From assembly GCA_903893135.1 (NCBI GenBank), contig CAITLA010000028.1:1-41328 (forward strand): DNA of 41,328 nt. The letters are read 5' to 3'. This document shows positions 8,686-19,465 of the stretch, in pieces (within the stretch, counting starts at the first letter, position 1; each line of letters begins with the position of its first letter). The position numbers and the translations under genes were made by a program. This stretch comes from an uncultured Syntrophaceae bacterium (GTDB taxonomy: Bacteria; Desulfobacterota; Syntrophia; Syntrophales; UBA2185). The notes under the pieces are model-generated. The model did no database searches, had not been told where the DNA came from, and saw only the letters and a list, made by a program, of their open reading frames with translations.

Positions 8686-8931
8686 GCATGATTATGAAAA
8701 ATCCGAGTTTAATAATCTTGCAAGAGAGATGTAAATGGAGGCGAAAAAGGCGGGCTTCTCAAGAAATAAGGGCGGTGCGAAGCTTAAATCCCGGTGTGCG
8801 GGGTGGGGGTGTAACTGATACATGAGTCATATAGCGTGCCCTGAGGAATGCGCGTCAATTTTAGTTGTTGAGCTTCTTGTGTACTCGCTTGCGACTTAAA
8901 TAGAGAAATTCAGATTTTACGAGGAGATTTT

Positions 8932-9378
8932 ATGAAGGTGATATTGAAGCAGAATGTCGATTCTCTTGGAAAGGCGGGAGATGCGGTGAAAGTTGCCGAT
9001 GGTTATGCGAGGAACTATCTGATTCCCAAAGGGCTCGCAGTGGAAGCAAGCAACTGGTCTCTCATGGCTTTAGAAAATGAAAAAAAGCAAATAATGAAGA
9101 AGATGGAAACTGAAAAGAAAAAGGCCGAAGTCATGATTGAAAGGCTCGCAGGTGTGACTTTGAGTCTTACCAGGCGCGTCGGGGAACAGGATAAATTATT
9201 CGGGTCAGTCACGACAAAAGATATCGAGAATTCTCTCAACGAACTAGGAATAGAGATTGATAGAAAAATGATTCTCCTTGAAGAACCTATAAAGACTCCC
9301 GGCGAATTCCTGGCTAAGATTAAACTTCAGCCGGGGGTAATGACGGAGATAAAAATAACAGTAATTGGTGAGGCGTAA
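8932..9378 (+). CDS. rplI: 50S ribosomal protein L9
   Basis: MKVILKQ..LGKAGD.VKVADGYARNYLIP, KLFGSVT. Confidence 0.97.
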   Translation: MKVILKQNVDSLGKAGDAVKVADGYARNYLIPKGLAVEASNWSLMALENEKKQIMKKMETEKKKAEVMIERLAGVTLSLTRRVGEQDKLFGSVTTKDIENSLNELGIEIDRKMILLEEPIKTPGEFLAKIKLQPGVMTEIKITVIGEA

Positions 9379-9386
9379 ATCAGTCC

Positions 9387-10745
9387 ATGAAAGATATTGA
9401 CACCTCATTGCATAGAGTGCCGCCCCAGAATCTCGAAGCTGAGCAGTCTGTGATTGGAGGAATCCTCCTCGATAACCAGGCACTGAACAGCGTTCTGGAA
9501 GTGCTTCATGTCGATGATTTTTACAGCGAAGCTCATCGCAAAATATTCGCCGCCATTATAGAACTCTATGACAGAAATGAACCAAGTGATCTCATCACAT
9601 TAAGCAACATACTGAAGAGCAAGAATCATCTCGATCAAGCGGGGGGAGTATCTTACCTATCGACCCTCGCGGATAATGTGCCGTCTGCAGCCAATATAGA
9701 TCACTATTCCAAAATCGTAAAAGAAAAGTCAATTTTGCGCAAATTAATTAGCACGGCCACCGATATTCTGAGCAAGAGTTATAGTGCAGGTACGGACATC
9801 GATACGGTGCTCGACGAAGCTGAACATGCCATATTCGACATATCGGAAAATAAAATAAGGCGGGCCTTCAGTCCTTTCAAAGACATAATAAAGGAAAGCG
9901 TCAAGACTATTGAGAGGCTCTATGAGAGAAAAGAGCTTGTAACCGGTGTTCCCACTGGATTTGAAAAGATAGATGACCTCACTTCAGGACTGCAAAAATC
10001 CGATTTGGTTATAATTGCAGGCCGGCCAAGCATGGGGAAAACCGCTCTTGCCCTGAACATTGCGCAGTATGCAGCTCTCGAAGCGAATATCGCCGTTGCA
10101 ATTTTCTCTCTGGAAATGTCCAAAGAGCAACTTGCCCTGCGCATGCTTTCCTCGGAAGCGAGGGTTGATTCACAGAGAATCAGAAGGGGTTTCCTGGGAG
10201 AGGCCGATTGGCCGAGGCTGATCTCTGCCGCTGGAAGGCTTTCCGAGGCGCAGATATTTATCGATGATTCATCGGCAATTACCGCATTGGAAATGAAGGC
10301 AAAAGCACGACGGTTGAAATCTACTGTCGACCTTGGTTTGATCATACTGGATTATCTCCAACTTATGAGAGGCGGCGGTTACAGGGAATCGCGAGAGCAG
10401 GAAATATCGGAAATCAGCCGTTCACTAAAGGCCCTTGCAAAGGAATTGAATGTCCCGGTAATAGCGCTTTCCCAGCTGAACCGAAAGTTGGAAGACAGGA
10501 CCAATAAGCGACCGCAGATGGCGGATTTGAGGGATTCGGGGGCCATTGAGCAGGATGCAGATCTGATCGCTTTTATTTACAGGGATGAGGTCTATGAGAA
10601 GTCTGAGGAAAATCCTGAAAAGGGCATGGCCGAGATAATTATTGGCAAACAAAGAAACGGACCAACGGGTATGGTTAAGCTGGCATTTCAGGACAAGTTC
10701 GCTCGTTTTGAAAACCTCGCCAGAGGGATTGACATGGAGCCGTAG
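9387..10745 (+). CDS. dnaB: Replicative DNA helicase
   Basis: PPQNLEAEQSV, GRPSMGKT, DYLQL, SQLNR, DLRDSGAIEQDAD, KQRNGPTG; normal length, no intein. Confidence 0.97.
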   Translation: MKDIDTSLHRVPPQNLEAEQSVIGGILLDNQALNSVLEVLHVDDFYSEAHRKIFAAIIELYDRNEPSDLITLSNILKSKNHLDQAGGVSYLSTLADNVPSAANIDHYSKIVKEKSILRKLISTATDILSKSYSAGTDIDTVLDEAEHAIFDISENKIRRAFSPFKDIIKESVKTIERLYERKELVTGVPTGFEKIDDLTSGLQKSDLVIIAGRPSMGKTALALNIAQYAALEANIAVAIFSLEMSKEQLALRMLSSEARVDSQRIRRGFLGEADWPRLISAAGRLSEAQIFIDDSSAITALEMKAKARRLKSTVDLGLIILDYLQLMRGGGYRESREQEISEISRSLKALAKELNVPVIALSQLNRKLEDRTNKRPQMADLRDSGAIEQDADLIAFIYRDEVYEKSEENPEKGMAEIIIGKQRNGPTGMVKLAFQDKFARFENLARGIDMEP

Positions 10746-10880
10746 TCATATGGGAAAACTTCAACGGTAATTTTTGAATTCATCATCTCCCAAGGTTCCT
10801 TACATCCCCGTTTTCATCGAAAAATGCTAGCCTTGTGGGCATTGTACAGTATCTGCTGCATCTGACGACGTTATTACGTC

Positions 10881-11741
10881 TCAGGCCGGGAGCAGATCAC
10901 GCTCTTTTCCTAAATATGGAATGGCCAGTCTCAATTTTTTAAGGGCCTGCTTCTCAATCTGTCTGGCCCGTTCCCTCGTAATGTTGTACTTGTTACCAAT
11001 TTCCTGGAGGGTCTTCGGGCTGTCCGTCATTATACGATGTCTGACGATATAGCTCTCCCTTTCATTGAGATTTGTGAGGGCGCCGGCAATGTTTCTTTTT
11101 ACGATATCCATCTCCTCTTTCTTAATCAAGGACGTTTCCTGATCCTCGCCCTTGTAAGTCAGATAATCGAGATGAGACGTTTCTCCTTCTCCACTGATGT
11201 ATGAATCAAGCGAAAGATCACGGTAAGTAAGCCTCTGGTCCATTTCTTCAATCTCAGTTTCCTTAACGCCAAGGGACTTTGCAATTTCGCCGAATTCAGG
11301 GTTCTTCTGTGAAAGGGCTTCAAGCTTCCTTTTCGCCTGACCAAGCTTGAAAAAGAGTTTCCTCTGTGCCTGTGTAGTCCCGATTTTTACAAGACTCCAC
11401 GATTTGATTATAAAATTTTGTATATATGCCCTGATCCACCACACCGCATAAGATATGAGCCTGTATCCCCTATAGGGATCAAACTTTTTCACGGCATGCA
11501 TGATGCCGATATTCCCTTCCTGGATCAGATCGGCCAGTTTAACTCCGTAATTTCTATATTCGTGCGCGATCTTGACCACAAACCTCAGATTCGAAACGAC
11601 CAGTTTCTCGGCTGCCTCCATGTCATTATATTTCTTAAATTTCACGGCCAACCTGAATTCTTCATCCGCACTAAGAATGGGGTGGCGATTGATCTGTGCT
11701 ATATAGATGTCAAGAGTACTCGTGACTGATGGCAGTTCCAA
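10881..11741 (-). CDS. rpoH: RNA polymerase sigma-32 factor
   Basis: DLIQEGNIG, YAVWWIRAYI, RpoH-box-like TTQAQRKLFFKL, TRERARQIE. Confidence 0.9.
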   Translation of the reverse strand: MELPSVTSTLDIYIAQINRHPILSADEEFRLAVKFKKYNDMEAAEKLVVSNLRFVVKIAHEYRNYGVKLADLIQEGNIGIMHAVKKFDPYRGYRLISYAVWWIRAYIQNFIIKSWSLVKIGTTQAQRKLFFKLGQAKRKLEALSQKNPEFGEIAKSLGVKETEIEEMDQRLTYRDLSLDSYISGEGETSHLDYLTYKGEDQETSLIKKEEMDIVKRNIAGALTNLNERESYIVRHRIMTDSPKTLQEIGNKYNITRERARQIEKQALKKLRLAIPYLGKERDLLPA

Positions 11742-11849
11742 TTAATAACCCTCCGGCTTGCTTTGTCCATCTTACAATTTTTATTACTATTATACATCTA
11801 ATCCTCCAGTCAACATCTTTGACATATTTTTTTCTTAATGGAGCATATC

Positions 11850-11878
11850 TTGACAGATTGACTATCCATGTTTACATT
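11850..11878 (+). promoter_or_regulatory. sigma70-type promoter for clpB
   Basis: TTGACA-N17-TACATT. Confidence 0.6.
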
Positions 11879-12059
11879 TATGAATGTAATTCACGCTTTG
11901 GACATGCATTGAGGGTGACACCGCAAAGAGTATGAAAGCCCAAGTTACGCCGTATTTTTCTTCGTCGCAGGCGAATATCCACGTAAGCCTTACGAGGGTT
12001 AATATACTGCTGATAAAAACAGATGGAACAAGGAGAAACCCAGGGTTATTGGAGGTATC

Positions 12060-14651
12060 ATGAGATTTGACAAATTTACGCTAAAGGTTCAAGAAGCCCT
12101 ACAGGAGGCTCAGGCCCTTGCAAAGAAATACGGAACCCAGGGTGTCGATGTAGAGCATCTTCTCCTCGCATTTCTCCTGCAACCGGAAGGCATAGCCGCG
12201 GAGATACTCAAGAAATTGGGGGCAGATCCGAAAGGAATTGAAACTGAAATCAGGAAATCCCTGGAAAAATTACCGAGAGTTGAAGGCGCCGGTATCAGCC
12301 AGACGTACATGACGCCGAGATTAAATAAAGTATTGGACGATGCCCTTGTCGAAGCAGCGCGCTTGAAGGATGAGTATGTAAGTGCCGAGCACATCTTGGT
12401 TGTGATGGCGGAAGAAAAAGACGGAGTTGCCGGAAAAATTCTCAAGGACAAAGGCGTAACTAAGGATAATATATTCAGGGTCCTTCTCGAAATAAGGGGC
12501 AACCAGAGGATTACAGATCCGAATCCGGAAGAGAAATATCAGGCCCTGAAGCGTTATGCCCGGGACTTCAATGAACTTGCCAAGAAGGGATCTTTTGACC
12601 CCGTCATTGGAAGAGACGATGAAATCAGGAGAATCATGCAGGTGCTCTCCAGGAGAACAAAGAACAATCCTGTTCTCATAGGCGAACCGGGCGTAGGCAA
12701 GACGGCTATTGTGGAGGGGCTTGCGCAACGAATCGTAAACGGTGACGTACCAGACAGCCTTAAGGACAAGCGCGTTCTCGGTTTAGATATCGGCGCCTTG
12801 GTTGCCGGCGCCAAGTACAGGGGAGAATTTGAAGAAAGACTCAAGGCGGTGCTTAAGGAAATAACAAGCGCGCAGGGGGAAATCATCCTCTTCATAGATG
12901 AGTTCCACACGGTAGTCGGTGCGGGAGCCGCCGAGGGAGCGGTCGATGCTTCCAATATGATGAAACCTGCCCTTGCCAGGGGCGAATTACGGTGCATAGG
13001 TGCGACGACATTAAATGAATACCGGAAACATATCGAAAAAGATCCTGCCCTGGAACGGAGATTCCAGCCCATCATTGTAAGGGAACCTACAGTTGAGGAT
13101 ACTATTGCAATCCTCCGAGGGTTAAAAGAACGCTATGAAGTGCACCATGGGGTGAGGATCAAAGATTCTGCAATCATTGCTGCAGCAACACTTTCCGCCC
13201 GTTACATCAGCGACAGGTTTTTGCCGGATAAGGCAGTTGATCTGATTGACGAGGCTGCCTCTCGCCTGCGGATTGAACTCGACAGCATGCCCTCTGAAAT
13301 CGATACAATAGAGAGAAAGGTAACGCAAATGGAAATCGAGCGTCAATCCCTAAAGAACGAGTCAGACAAAACGACGCAGGATAGACGTAACAAAATTGAT
13401 AAAGAACTGAAGAAGCTCAGGGATTCAATGGAAAAGATGAAGACGCACTGGGCTCGAGAAAAAGAAATTATAAAGAATATACAGGTTATCAAAAGCAAGA
13501 TCGAAAAGTACAAGACAGAGGACCTAAATGCCGAGAGGGAGGGCAACAACGAGAGGGCAAGTGAGATACGCTACGGAAAGCTCCCCAAGTTAAACGCGGA
13601 CTTAGAACGGGAGCACGCCCATCTTTCCGAAATCCAGAAAGATAATAAGATGCTAAAGGAAGAGGTAGATGCGGAAGACGTGGCGGAGGTCGTGGCAAAC
13701 TGGACAGGCATTCCCGTCTCACGCATGATGGAAAGTGATGTTCAGAAACTTATCCATATGGAAGACAGGCTCAAAAAGAGGGTCATAGGCCAGGATGAGG
13801 GTATTGCCGCCGTGTCCAGCGCCTTAAGAAGGGCCCGTTCAGGTCTGCAGGACCCTAACAGGCCTATCGGCTCTTTTATTTTTCTCGGGCCTACAGGCGT
13901 AGGTAAAACAGAACTGGCGCGCGCTTTAGCTGAATTCATGTTTGACAATGAGCAGGCCATGATCAGAATTGACATGTCCGAGTACATGGAAAAACACTCC
14001 GTTGCCCGACTGATCGGCGCACCCCCCGGATATGTGGGATACGACGAAGGCGGATACCTAACTGAGGCTATACGGAGAAGGCCATACACGGTTGTGCTTT
14101 TCGATGAAATTGAAAAAGCACACATGGATGTGTTCAATATACTCTTGCAAATTCTGGATGATGGCAGATTGACCGATGGCCACGGCAGGACTGTTGATCT
14201 TAAGAACACCATCGTTATTATGACATCTAACATTGGAAGCCAATGGACTCATGATATGTCCATGAGTGATGAAGAAAGGCGAGCGAGGACGATGGAAGCC
14301 TTAAGGTCTACGTTCAGGCCGGAATTCTTGAATCGAATAGACGATATTATTACTTTCAGATCATTGACCATAGACGACATCGATAGGATCATCGATATCC
14401 AGATCAATCTGATTCAGAAAAGGCTTAAAGACCGTAAATTGACCATTGAATTGACAGAAAATGCAAAAAATTATATAGCTAAGACCGGATACAGCCCGGT
14501 TTACGGTGCGCGGCCTCTGAAACGGGCCCTCCAGAAACTGCTTCTGGACAATCTTGCCATGGGAATTCTCGAGGGAAAGTTCGCTGAAGGAGAACACATT
14601 ATCGTTGATGCGAAAGAAAATGGCGAGATGATTTTTAAGAGAAAAAAGTGA
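12060..14651 (+). CDS. clpB: ATP-dependent chaperone ClpB
   Basis: Two AAA+ modules ([16 protein letters not shown]), long M-domain, [12 protein letters not shown]. Confidence 0.97.
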   Translation: MRFDKFTLKVQEALQEAQALAKKYGTQGVDVEHLLLAFLLQPEGIAAEILKKLGADPKGIETEIRKSLEKLPRVEGAGISQTYMTPRLNKVLDDALVEAARLKDEYVSAEHILVVMAEEKDGVAGKILKDKGVTKDNIFRVLLEIRGNQRITDPNPEEKYQALKRYARDFNELAKKGSFDPVIGRDDEIRRIMQVLSRRTKNNPVLIGEPGVGKTAIVEGLAQRIVNGDVPDSLKDKRVLGLDIGALVAGAKYRGEFEERLKAVLKEITSAQGEIILFIDEFHTVVGAGAAEGAVDASNMMKPALARGELRCIGATTLNEYRKHIEKDPALERRFQPIIVREPTVEDTIAILRGLKERYEVHHGVRIKDSAIIAAATLSARYISDRFLPDKAVDLIDEAASRLRIELDSMPSEIDTIERKVTQMEIERQSLKNESDKTTQDRRNKIDKELKKLRDSMEKMKTHWAREKEIIKNIQVIKSKIEKYKTEDLNAEREGNNERASEIRYGKLPKLNADLEREHAHLSEIQKDNKMLKEEVDAEDVAEVVANWTGIPVSRMMESDVQKLIHMEDRLKKRVIGQDEGIAAVSSALRRARSGLQDPNRPIGSFIFLGPTGVGKTELARALAEFMFDNEQAMIRIDMSEYMEKHSVARLIGAPPGYVGYDEGGYLTEAIRRRPYTVVLFDEIEKAHMDVFNILLQILDDGRLTDGHGRTVDLKNTIVIMTSNIGSQWTHDMSMSDEERRARTMEALRSTFRPEFLNRIDDIITFRSLTIDDIDRIIDIQINLIQKRLKDRKLTIELTENAKNYIAKTGYSPVYGARPLKRALQKLLLDNLAMGILEGKFAEGEHIIVDAKENGEMIFKRKK

Positions 14652-14672
14652 AGGTAACAAGGAGGTTTACTG

Positions 14673-15521
14673 ATGAATACCATCAAGACAGGTTTGTTGC
14701 TCGGTGCTCTGACGGGTCTGTTAATGCTGATAGGAGGATATTTCGGTGGCAAGCAGGGCGTTGTCATCGCATTTATTTTTGCTACGGCTGTGAATTTCGG
14801 AGCGTACTGGTTTTCCGACAAACTCATATTGCGCATGTATAATGCGCAGGAGGTCAGAGAAAGCCAAGCGCCTCAACTCTACGTCATAGTGAAGGACCTG
14901 GCCTTGAAGGCGGGCCTTCCCATGCCGAAAGTCTATATTGTCCCCGGTGACACGCCCAATGCCTTCGCCACCGGACGCAATGAAGACCATGCAGTCGTCG
15001 CCGTGACAGAAGGAATCTTAAGAATGCTAAGCAGAGAAGAACTGGAGGGGGTTCTCGCCCACGAATTGACGCACATTAAGAACAAGGACATGCTTATCGG
15101 TTCCATTGCAGCAACCCTTGCTGGAGCTATCGTCATGCTGGCAAATATGGCTCAGTGGGCGGCTATCTTTGGTGGATCAAGCCGTGACGACAGCGAGGAG
15201 GGCAGCGGTGTCATCGGTCTCATTATGATGGCGATTCTTGCACCAATTGCGGCAACTATTATACAGATGGCAATTTCCAGATCCAGGGAATACCTCGCTG
15301 ATGAGGGCGGAGCCCGCGTGTCAGGCAAACCATACGGCCTGGCAGGTGCCCTGGAAAAACTATCGAGGGCATCACAGGCAGTACCGATGGAGGCAAACCC
15401 TTCAACCGCCCATATGTTTATCGTGAACCCGCTGACAGGGAAATCTCTTATGAAGCTCTTCAGTACACATCCTCCTATTGAAGAACGCGTTGCACGGTTA
15501 AGAAGCATGAAGCCCATGTGA
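14673..15521 (+). CDS. htpX: Zinc metalloprotease HtpX
   Basis: [28 protein letters not shown]. Confidence 0.95.
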   Translation: MNTIKTGLLLGALTGLLMLIGGYFGGKQGVVIAFIFATAVNFGAYWFSDKLILRMYNAQEVRESQAPQLYVIVKDLALKAGLPMPKVYIVPGDTPNAFATGRNEDHAVVAVTEGILRMLSREELEGVLAHELTHIKNKDMLIGSIAATLAGAIVMLANMAQWAAIFGGSSRDDSEEGSGVIGLIMMAILAPIAATIIQMAISRSREYLADEGGARVSGKPYGLAGALEKLSRASQAVPMEANPSTAHMFIVNPLTGKSLMKLFSTHPPIEERVARLRSMKPM

Positions 15522-15628
15522 GCAAGTGCTCACTCTAAGGTAATTCGAGCGTCATTGATTTATTCTCGACACTCAGTCCAGCGCTTACTAATGAACAAAG
15601 ATGCTTTTTTACACAGAAGGAGAGTATT

Positions 15629-16051
15629 ATGGACAATGGAAAAAAAGAGAAGGCATTTGTGATCAAGGATAAACGAATTTTTGATGAATCCGGGGAAGCC
15701 CGCGCGGAAGATTTGAAGAAAGAGGAAACGGCAGGAGATAACAAAGCAGCGAAGAAATCTCTGGAAAAAGATGATCAGGCGAGGACCCAGGAAGACTATT
15801 TCCCGGAAGTTACTTTTTCGAGCTTCGTTCTTTCACTAAGTACAACTGTCATGTATCATCTCGGTGATTTTCCTGACCCGGCAACAAATAAGGCGGAAAA
15901 AAATCTTGCCGCAGCGAAACAAACAATTGACATGCTCAACATGATAAAAATTAAGACGGCAGGAAATCTCGATATTGATGAAAAAGAACTCCTGGAGGGA
16001 ATCTTGTATGAGCTGATGATAAGATACGTCAAAGAGAAGGAAGCGGGATGA
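15629..16051 (+). CDS. DUF1844 domain protein
   Basis: VTFSSFVLSL, AKQTIDML, KTAGNL; typical position upstream of ispE. Confidence 0.8.
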   Translation: MDNGKKEKAFVIKDKRIFDESGEARAEDLKKEETAGDNKAAKKSLEKDDQARTQEDYFPEVTFSSFVLSLSTTVMYHLGDFPDPATNKAEKNLAAAKQTIDMLNMIKIKTAGNLDIDEKELLEGILYELMIRYVKEKEAG

Positions 16052-16890
16052 TCAGTAGATTATCACCTGCAAAAGTTAATCTCAACCTTCGCGTGCTGGG
16101 AAAGCGCCCTGATGGCTTTCATGACATCTCAACATTGATGCAACGGATAAGTCTCTATGATGAAATGATATTCTCCCCCACTGCCCACGGCATTACCTTG
16201 AGCTGCCCCGGCAGCTCAATTCCGGAAAACAGCAATAACATCGTGTACAGAGCGGCAGATGCCCTTCTCTCCCGTCTGTCACATTCTCCGGGCATACATA
16301 TCACCATTAAGAAAAAGATCCCTGTGGCAGCAGGACTTGGCGGAGGGAGTTCGAACGCAGCGACTGCCCTCGTAACCATAAACGATTTGATGGATTTTCA
16401 CTATAACACCCATGATCTAATGAAAATCGGAACAAAACTCGGTGCAGATGTCCCTTTTTTTATCTTCGGGAAGACAGCCTGGGCATCCGGTATCGGCGAT
16501 CAGCTTCGAACTGCCGAGAACATTCCTCCACTGTGGTTCGTCCTGATTAACCCCGGCTTTGAAATCTCCACAAAAATGGTTTATGATAATATTAATTTAA
16601 GATTGACAAAGCCAGTGTTAAATTATAAATGTCCAGTGATTTATACTGTTGATGACATAGTAAAAGGACTCCATAACGATCTTGAGAGGGTGACTCTGGT
16701 CCTTCATCCCATTTTGCGGTATTTTAAGAACATTTTAGTGCAAAATGGCGCTCTTGGCGCGCTAATGTCCGGCAGTGGCCCAACGGTTATGGGGATTTTC
16801 ACAGATGAAGAAGGCGCGATAAAGGCCGAAAAGGCTTTAGAGAACGCCGGAGGGAGCGAATGGTCCGTATTCCGGGCTAGTTCCATATGA
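16048..16890 (+). CDS. ispE: 4-diphosphocytidyl-2-C-methyl-D-erythritol kinase
   Basis: PAKVNL, IPVAAGLGGGSSNAA, LGADVPFF, MSGSG. Confidence 0.96.
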   Translation: MISRLSPAKVNLNLRVLGKRPDGFHDISTLMQRISLYDEMIFSPTAHGITLSCPGSSIPENSNNIVYRAADALLSRLSHSPGIHITIKKKIPVAAGLGGGSSNAATALVTINDLMDFHYNTHDLMKIGTKLGADVPFFIFGKTAWASGIGDQLRTAENIPPLWFVLINPGFEISTKMVYDNINLRLTKPVLNYKCPVIYTVDDIVKGLHNDLERVTLVLHPILRYFKNILVQNGALGALMSGSGPTVMGIFTDEEGAIKAEKALENAGGSEWSVFRASSI

Positions 16891-16957
16891 CGTGCGTTTC
16901 GTCATTCCTGTCGTCATCGTGAGCCTCGTATCCCTCTACTGCTCTCTCAGTCAATAA

Positions 16958-17032
16958 TGGGGCGTCGTCAAGCGGTAAGACACAAGATTTTGGTTCTTGC
17001 ATACGGAGGTTCGAATCCTCCCGCCCCAGCCA
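16958..17032 (+). tRNA. tRNA-Gln(TTG)
   Basis: TGGGGCG/CGCCCCA acceptor, CAAGA-TT TTG GT-TCTTG anticodon arm, GGTTCGAATCC, CCA; conserved ispE-prs position. Confidence 0.96.
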
Positions 17033-17062
17033 CATATAATTACTTTTTTTGAAGGGATTTAC

Positions 17063-18004
17063 ATGCTTGATAGAATGAGAATATTCTCCGGTAATGCGAA
17101 CTTGCCTCTCGCCCATAAGATCTGCGAAAACCTGGGTGTATCGCTTGGTAAGGCCAATGTTTCAACATTCAGTGACGGTGAGACGAGGGTGGAAATCAAT
17201 GAAAACGTACGTGGTATGGATGCTTTTATTATTCAATCGACGTGTCCGCCTGTAAATATCACCTGCATGGAACTCCTGATCATGATCGATGCCATGAAGA
17301 GGGCTTCTGCAGACCGGATAACGGCTGTAATACCTTACTATGGCTATGCGAGGCAGGATAGAAAGGTGGCACCGAGGGCACCAATTTCAGCAAAACTTGT
17401 GGCAGATCTTATCACGGCAGCAGGCGCTTCCCGTGTCCTGTCGATAGACCTCCATGCCGGCCAGATTCAGGGTTTCTTCAATATCCCCGTTGATAATCTG
17501 TTCGCAACCCCCGTTCTCATAGATTATATCAGGAAAAATTATCAAGGTAACATTGTCATCGTTTCTCCCGATACAGGTGGTGTCGAAAGGGCAAGGGCAT
17601 TTGGTAAACGGTTAGATGTTAATATTGCCATTGTGGATAAGAGAAGGGAGGGACCGAATGAGTCAATGGTTATGAATATCATCGGCGATGTGAAAGGTGC
17701 ACGGGTGATTGTACTTGATGATATGATTGATACAGCGGGAACGATAACACAGGCAGTTCGAGCCCTCGAAGGAGCAGGAGCTGTGGAGATCTCCGTATGC
17801 TGTACCCATCCCGTTCTTTCAGGACCTGCAATAGAGAGGATTGAGAGTTCGAGTATTAAGGAGATTATCGTCACTGACACTATCCCCCTGCACGATAGGG
17901 CTAAGGCTTGTAATCGTATCAAAGTTCTCTCTGTCGCGGGGCTGATCAGTGAAGCCGTTCGACGCATCTATTACAACGATTCAGTACATTCGCTTTTTAT
18001 ATAG
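17063..18004 (+). CDS. prs: Ribose-phosphate pyrophosphokinase
   Basis: FSDGE, PYYGYARQDRK, DLHAGQIQGFF, DDMIDTAGT; start moved downstream of the tRNA. Confidence 0.97.
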   Translation: MLDRMRIFSGNANLPLAHKICENLGVSLGKANVSTFSDGETRVEINENVRGMDAFIIQSTCPPVNITCMELLIMIDAMKRASADRITAVIPYYGYARQDRKVAPRAPISAKLVADLITAAGASRVLSIDLHAGQIQGFFNIPVDNLFATPVLIDYIRKNYQGNIVIVSPDTGGVERARAFGKRLDVNIAIVDKRREGPNESMVMNIIGDVKGARVIVLDDMIDTAGTITQAVRALEGAGAVEISVCCTHPVLSGPAIERIESSSIKEIIVTDTIPLHDRAKACNRIKVLSVAGLISEAVRRIYYNDSVHSLFI

Positions 18005-18013
18005 GAGGAATAG

Positions 18014-18640
18014 ATGGAAATAAGTGAATTGAAAGCCAGTCTTCGCAATACTTCTGGAAAAGGGGTTTCCCGAAGACTTAGAAAAGACGGGTTGACGCCG
18101 GCAGTATTTTATGGCCCCAAAACTGAAGCTGTTCTACTGGCGGTGAATTCTTCTGACTTGATGAAGATACTAAAAGGCAAGGAGGAAAACATTTTCATAA
18201 ACCTGCTCATAGGCGACGGCAGAAAAATGGAAAAGTTCACCCTCATTAAGGAACTGCAGATAGATCCTGTCAGCCGGAAATTCCTTCACGTTGACTTTTG
18301 CGAAATTGATATGGAACACGCCATTACCGTTGACGTACCTATTCATTTTAAGGGAGAGGCCATAGGCATCGATAATGGGGGAGATCTGCATCATATAAGA
18401 AGGGAAATAAAGGTCTCCTGCCTCTTTACAGTACTACCGGAATTTGTGGAAGTTGATATAAGTGGTCTTGGGATCGGTGATTCGATAAAGGTGCAAGACA
18501 TAAAATTGCCTGATGGTGTCAATGTCCTTGATCCTCACGATACGATCATAGCATCGGTTACGGCACCGAGAGCTGTCGTGGCAGCTGAGCCGGTGGAAGA
18601 ACAGGAAGCAGTAGAAACGCCGGAAGAAGAAGTCAAGTAA
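18014..18640 (+). CDS. rplY: 50S ribosomal protein L25/Ctc
   Basis: GKGVSRRLR..G.TPAVFYG, LHVDF, TL5-type C-terminal domain. Confidence 0.95.
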   Translation: MEISELKASLRNTSGKGVSRRLRKDGLTPAVFYGPKTEAVLLAVNSSDLMKILKGKEENIFINLLIGDGRKMEKFTLIKELQIDPVSRKFLHVDFCEIDMEHAITVDVPIHFKGEAIGIDNGGDLHHIRREIKVSCLFTVLPEFVEVDISGLGIGDSIKVQDIKLPDGVNVLDPHDTIIASVTAPRAVVAAEPVEEQEAVETPEEEVK

Positions 18641-18784
18641 GCACCGAAGCTTTCCGCTTGCAGTGCAGTGCGGGACTTCCCCGGCAAAGACAATATTCTT
18701 AGCTTCGCCCCGCCGATGGAGCGGCGTCTGCGGGATGCATTCCCGGTCAAGTGTAAGACTTCTACTCCACTTAGAGGTGACTGT

Positions 18785-19390
18785 TTGAAGCTTATAATCG
18801 GGCTGGGAAATCCAGGTCTCAAGTACCAGACCACTAGGCACAATAGTGGATTCTTCGCCGTTGATGAAATCGCTGCCAGCCACAATATTCCCGTGCAATT
18901 GAAAGGTTTTGACGCCTGCTTTGGAAAAGGCAGGATCGGTGACGCTCCGATCCTGCTCGTCAAGCCCATGACCTTCATGAATATCAGCGGCTCTGCAGTA
19001 AAGAAGATCGTAGATTACTTCAAAATTGACATACCGGATATGATCGTCATTCATGACGACATAGATCTCCCCTTTAGGACAATCCGATTGAAGGCAGGCG
19101 GCGGTCACGCTGGCCATAAAGGACTAATCTCCATAATAGACAGTCTCGTCAATCCGGAATTTATCAGGGTGAGAATCGGCATAGGAAGACCTTTTGATAA
19201 ATTAGCGGTTGAGAGATATGTCCTTGAACAGTTTGCCGAGGATGAAATGAGACTGCTGCCCGAAATCATGAAAACGGTAAGTGATGCAGTGACAATGATT
19301 GCCACATCCGGAATTCAGGCGGCCATGAATCTTTACAATGAGAAACCTGCCAATCAATTGGACAACGAGAACGATGCGATCTTGCGTTGA
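18785..19390 (+). CDS. pth: Peptidyl-tRNA hydrolase
   Basis: LIIGLGNPG, TRHNSGF, KPMTFMN, HDDID, GHKGL; TTG start after GAGGTG. Confidence 0.95.
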   Translation: MKLIIGLGNPGLKYQTTRHNSGFFAVDEIAASHNIPVQLKGFDACFGKGRIGDAPILLVKPMTFMNISGSAVKKIVDYFKIDIPDMIVIHDDIDLPFRTIRLKAGGGHAGHKGLISIIDSLVNPEFIRVRIGIGRPFDKLAVERYVLEQFAEDEMRLLPEIMKTVSDAVTMIATSGIQAAMNLYNEKPANQLDNENDAILR

Positions 19391-19465
19391 TTCTGGCCGA
19401 TGCGATAAACAGCTATTAAGGAATCAAACTGATACAAGAACAGTGGCCTAATAAAGGAGAATACT

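Noticed and set aside
12110-14660. Long antisense ORFs over clpB (likewise over the amidase, prs, ychF and RND genes)
   Set aside because: Shadow frames of conserved genes.
16877-17116. 79-aa antisense ORF and the extended prs start at 16997
   Set aside because: Both overlap tRNA-Gln; prs more plausibly starts at 17063.
18668-18784. N-terminal extension of Pth
   Set aside because: Homology starts at LKLIIGLGNPG, with an SD before TTG 18785.
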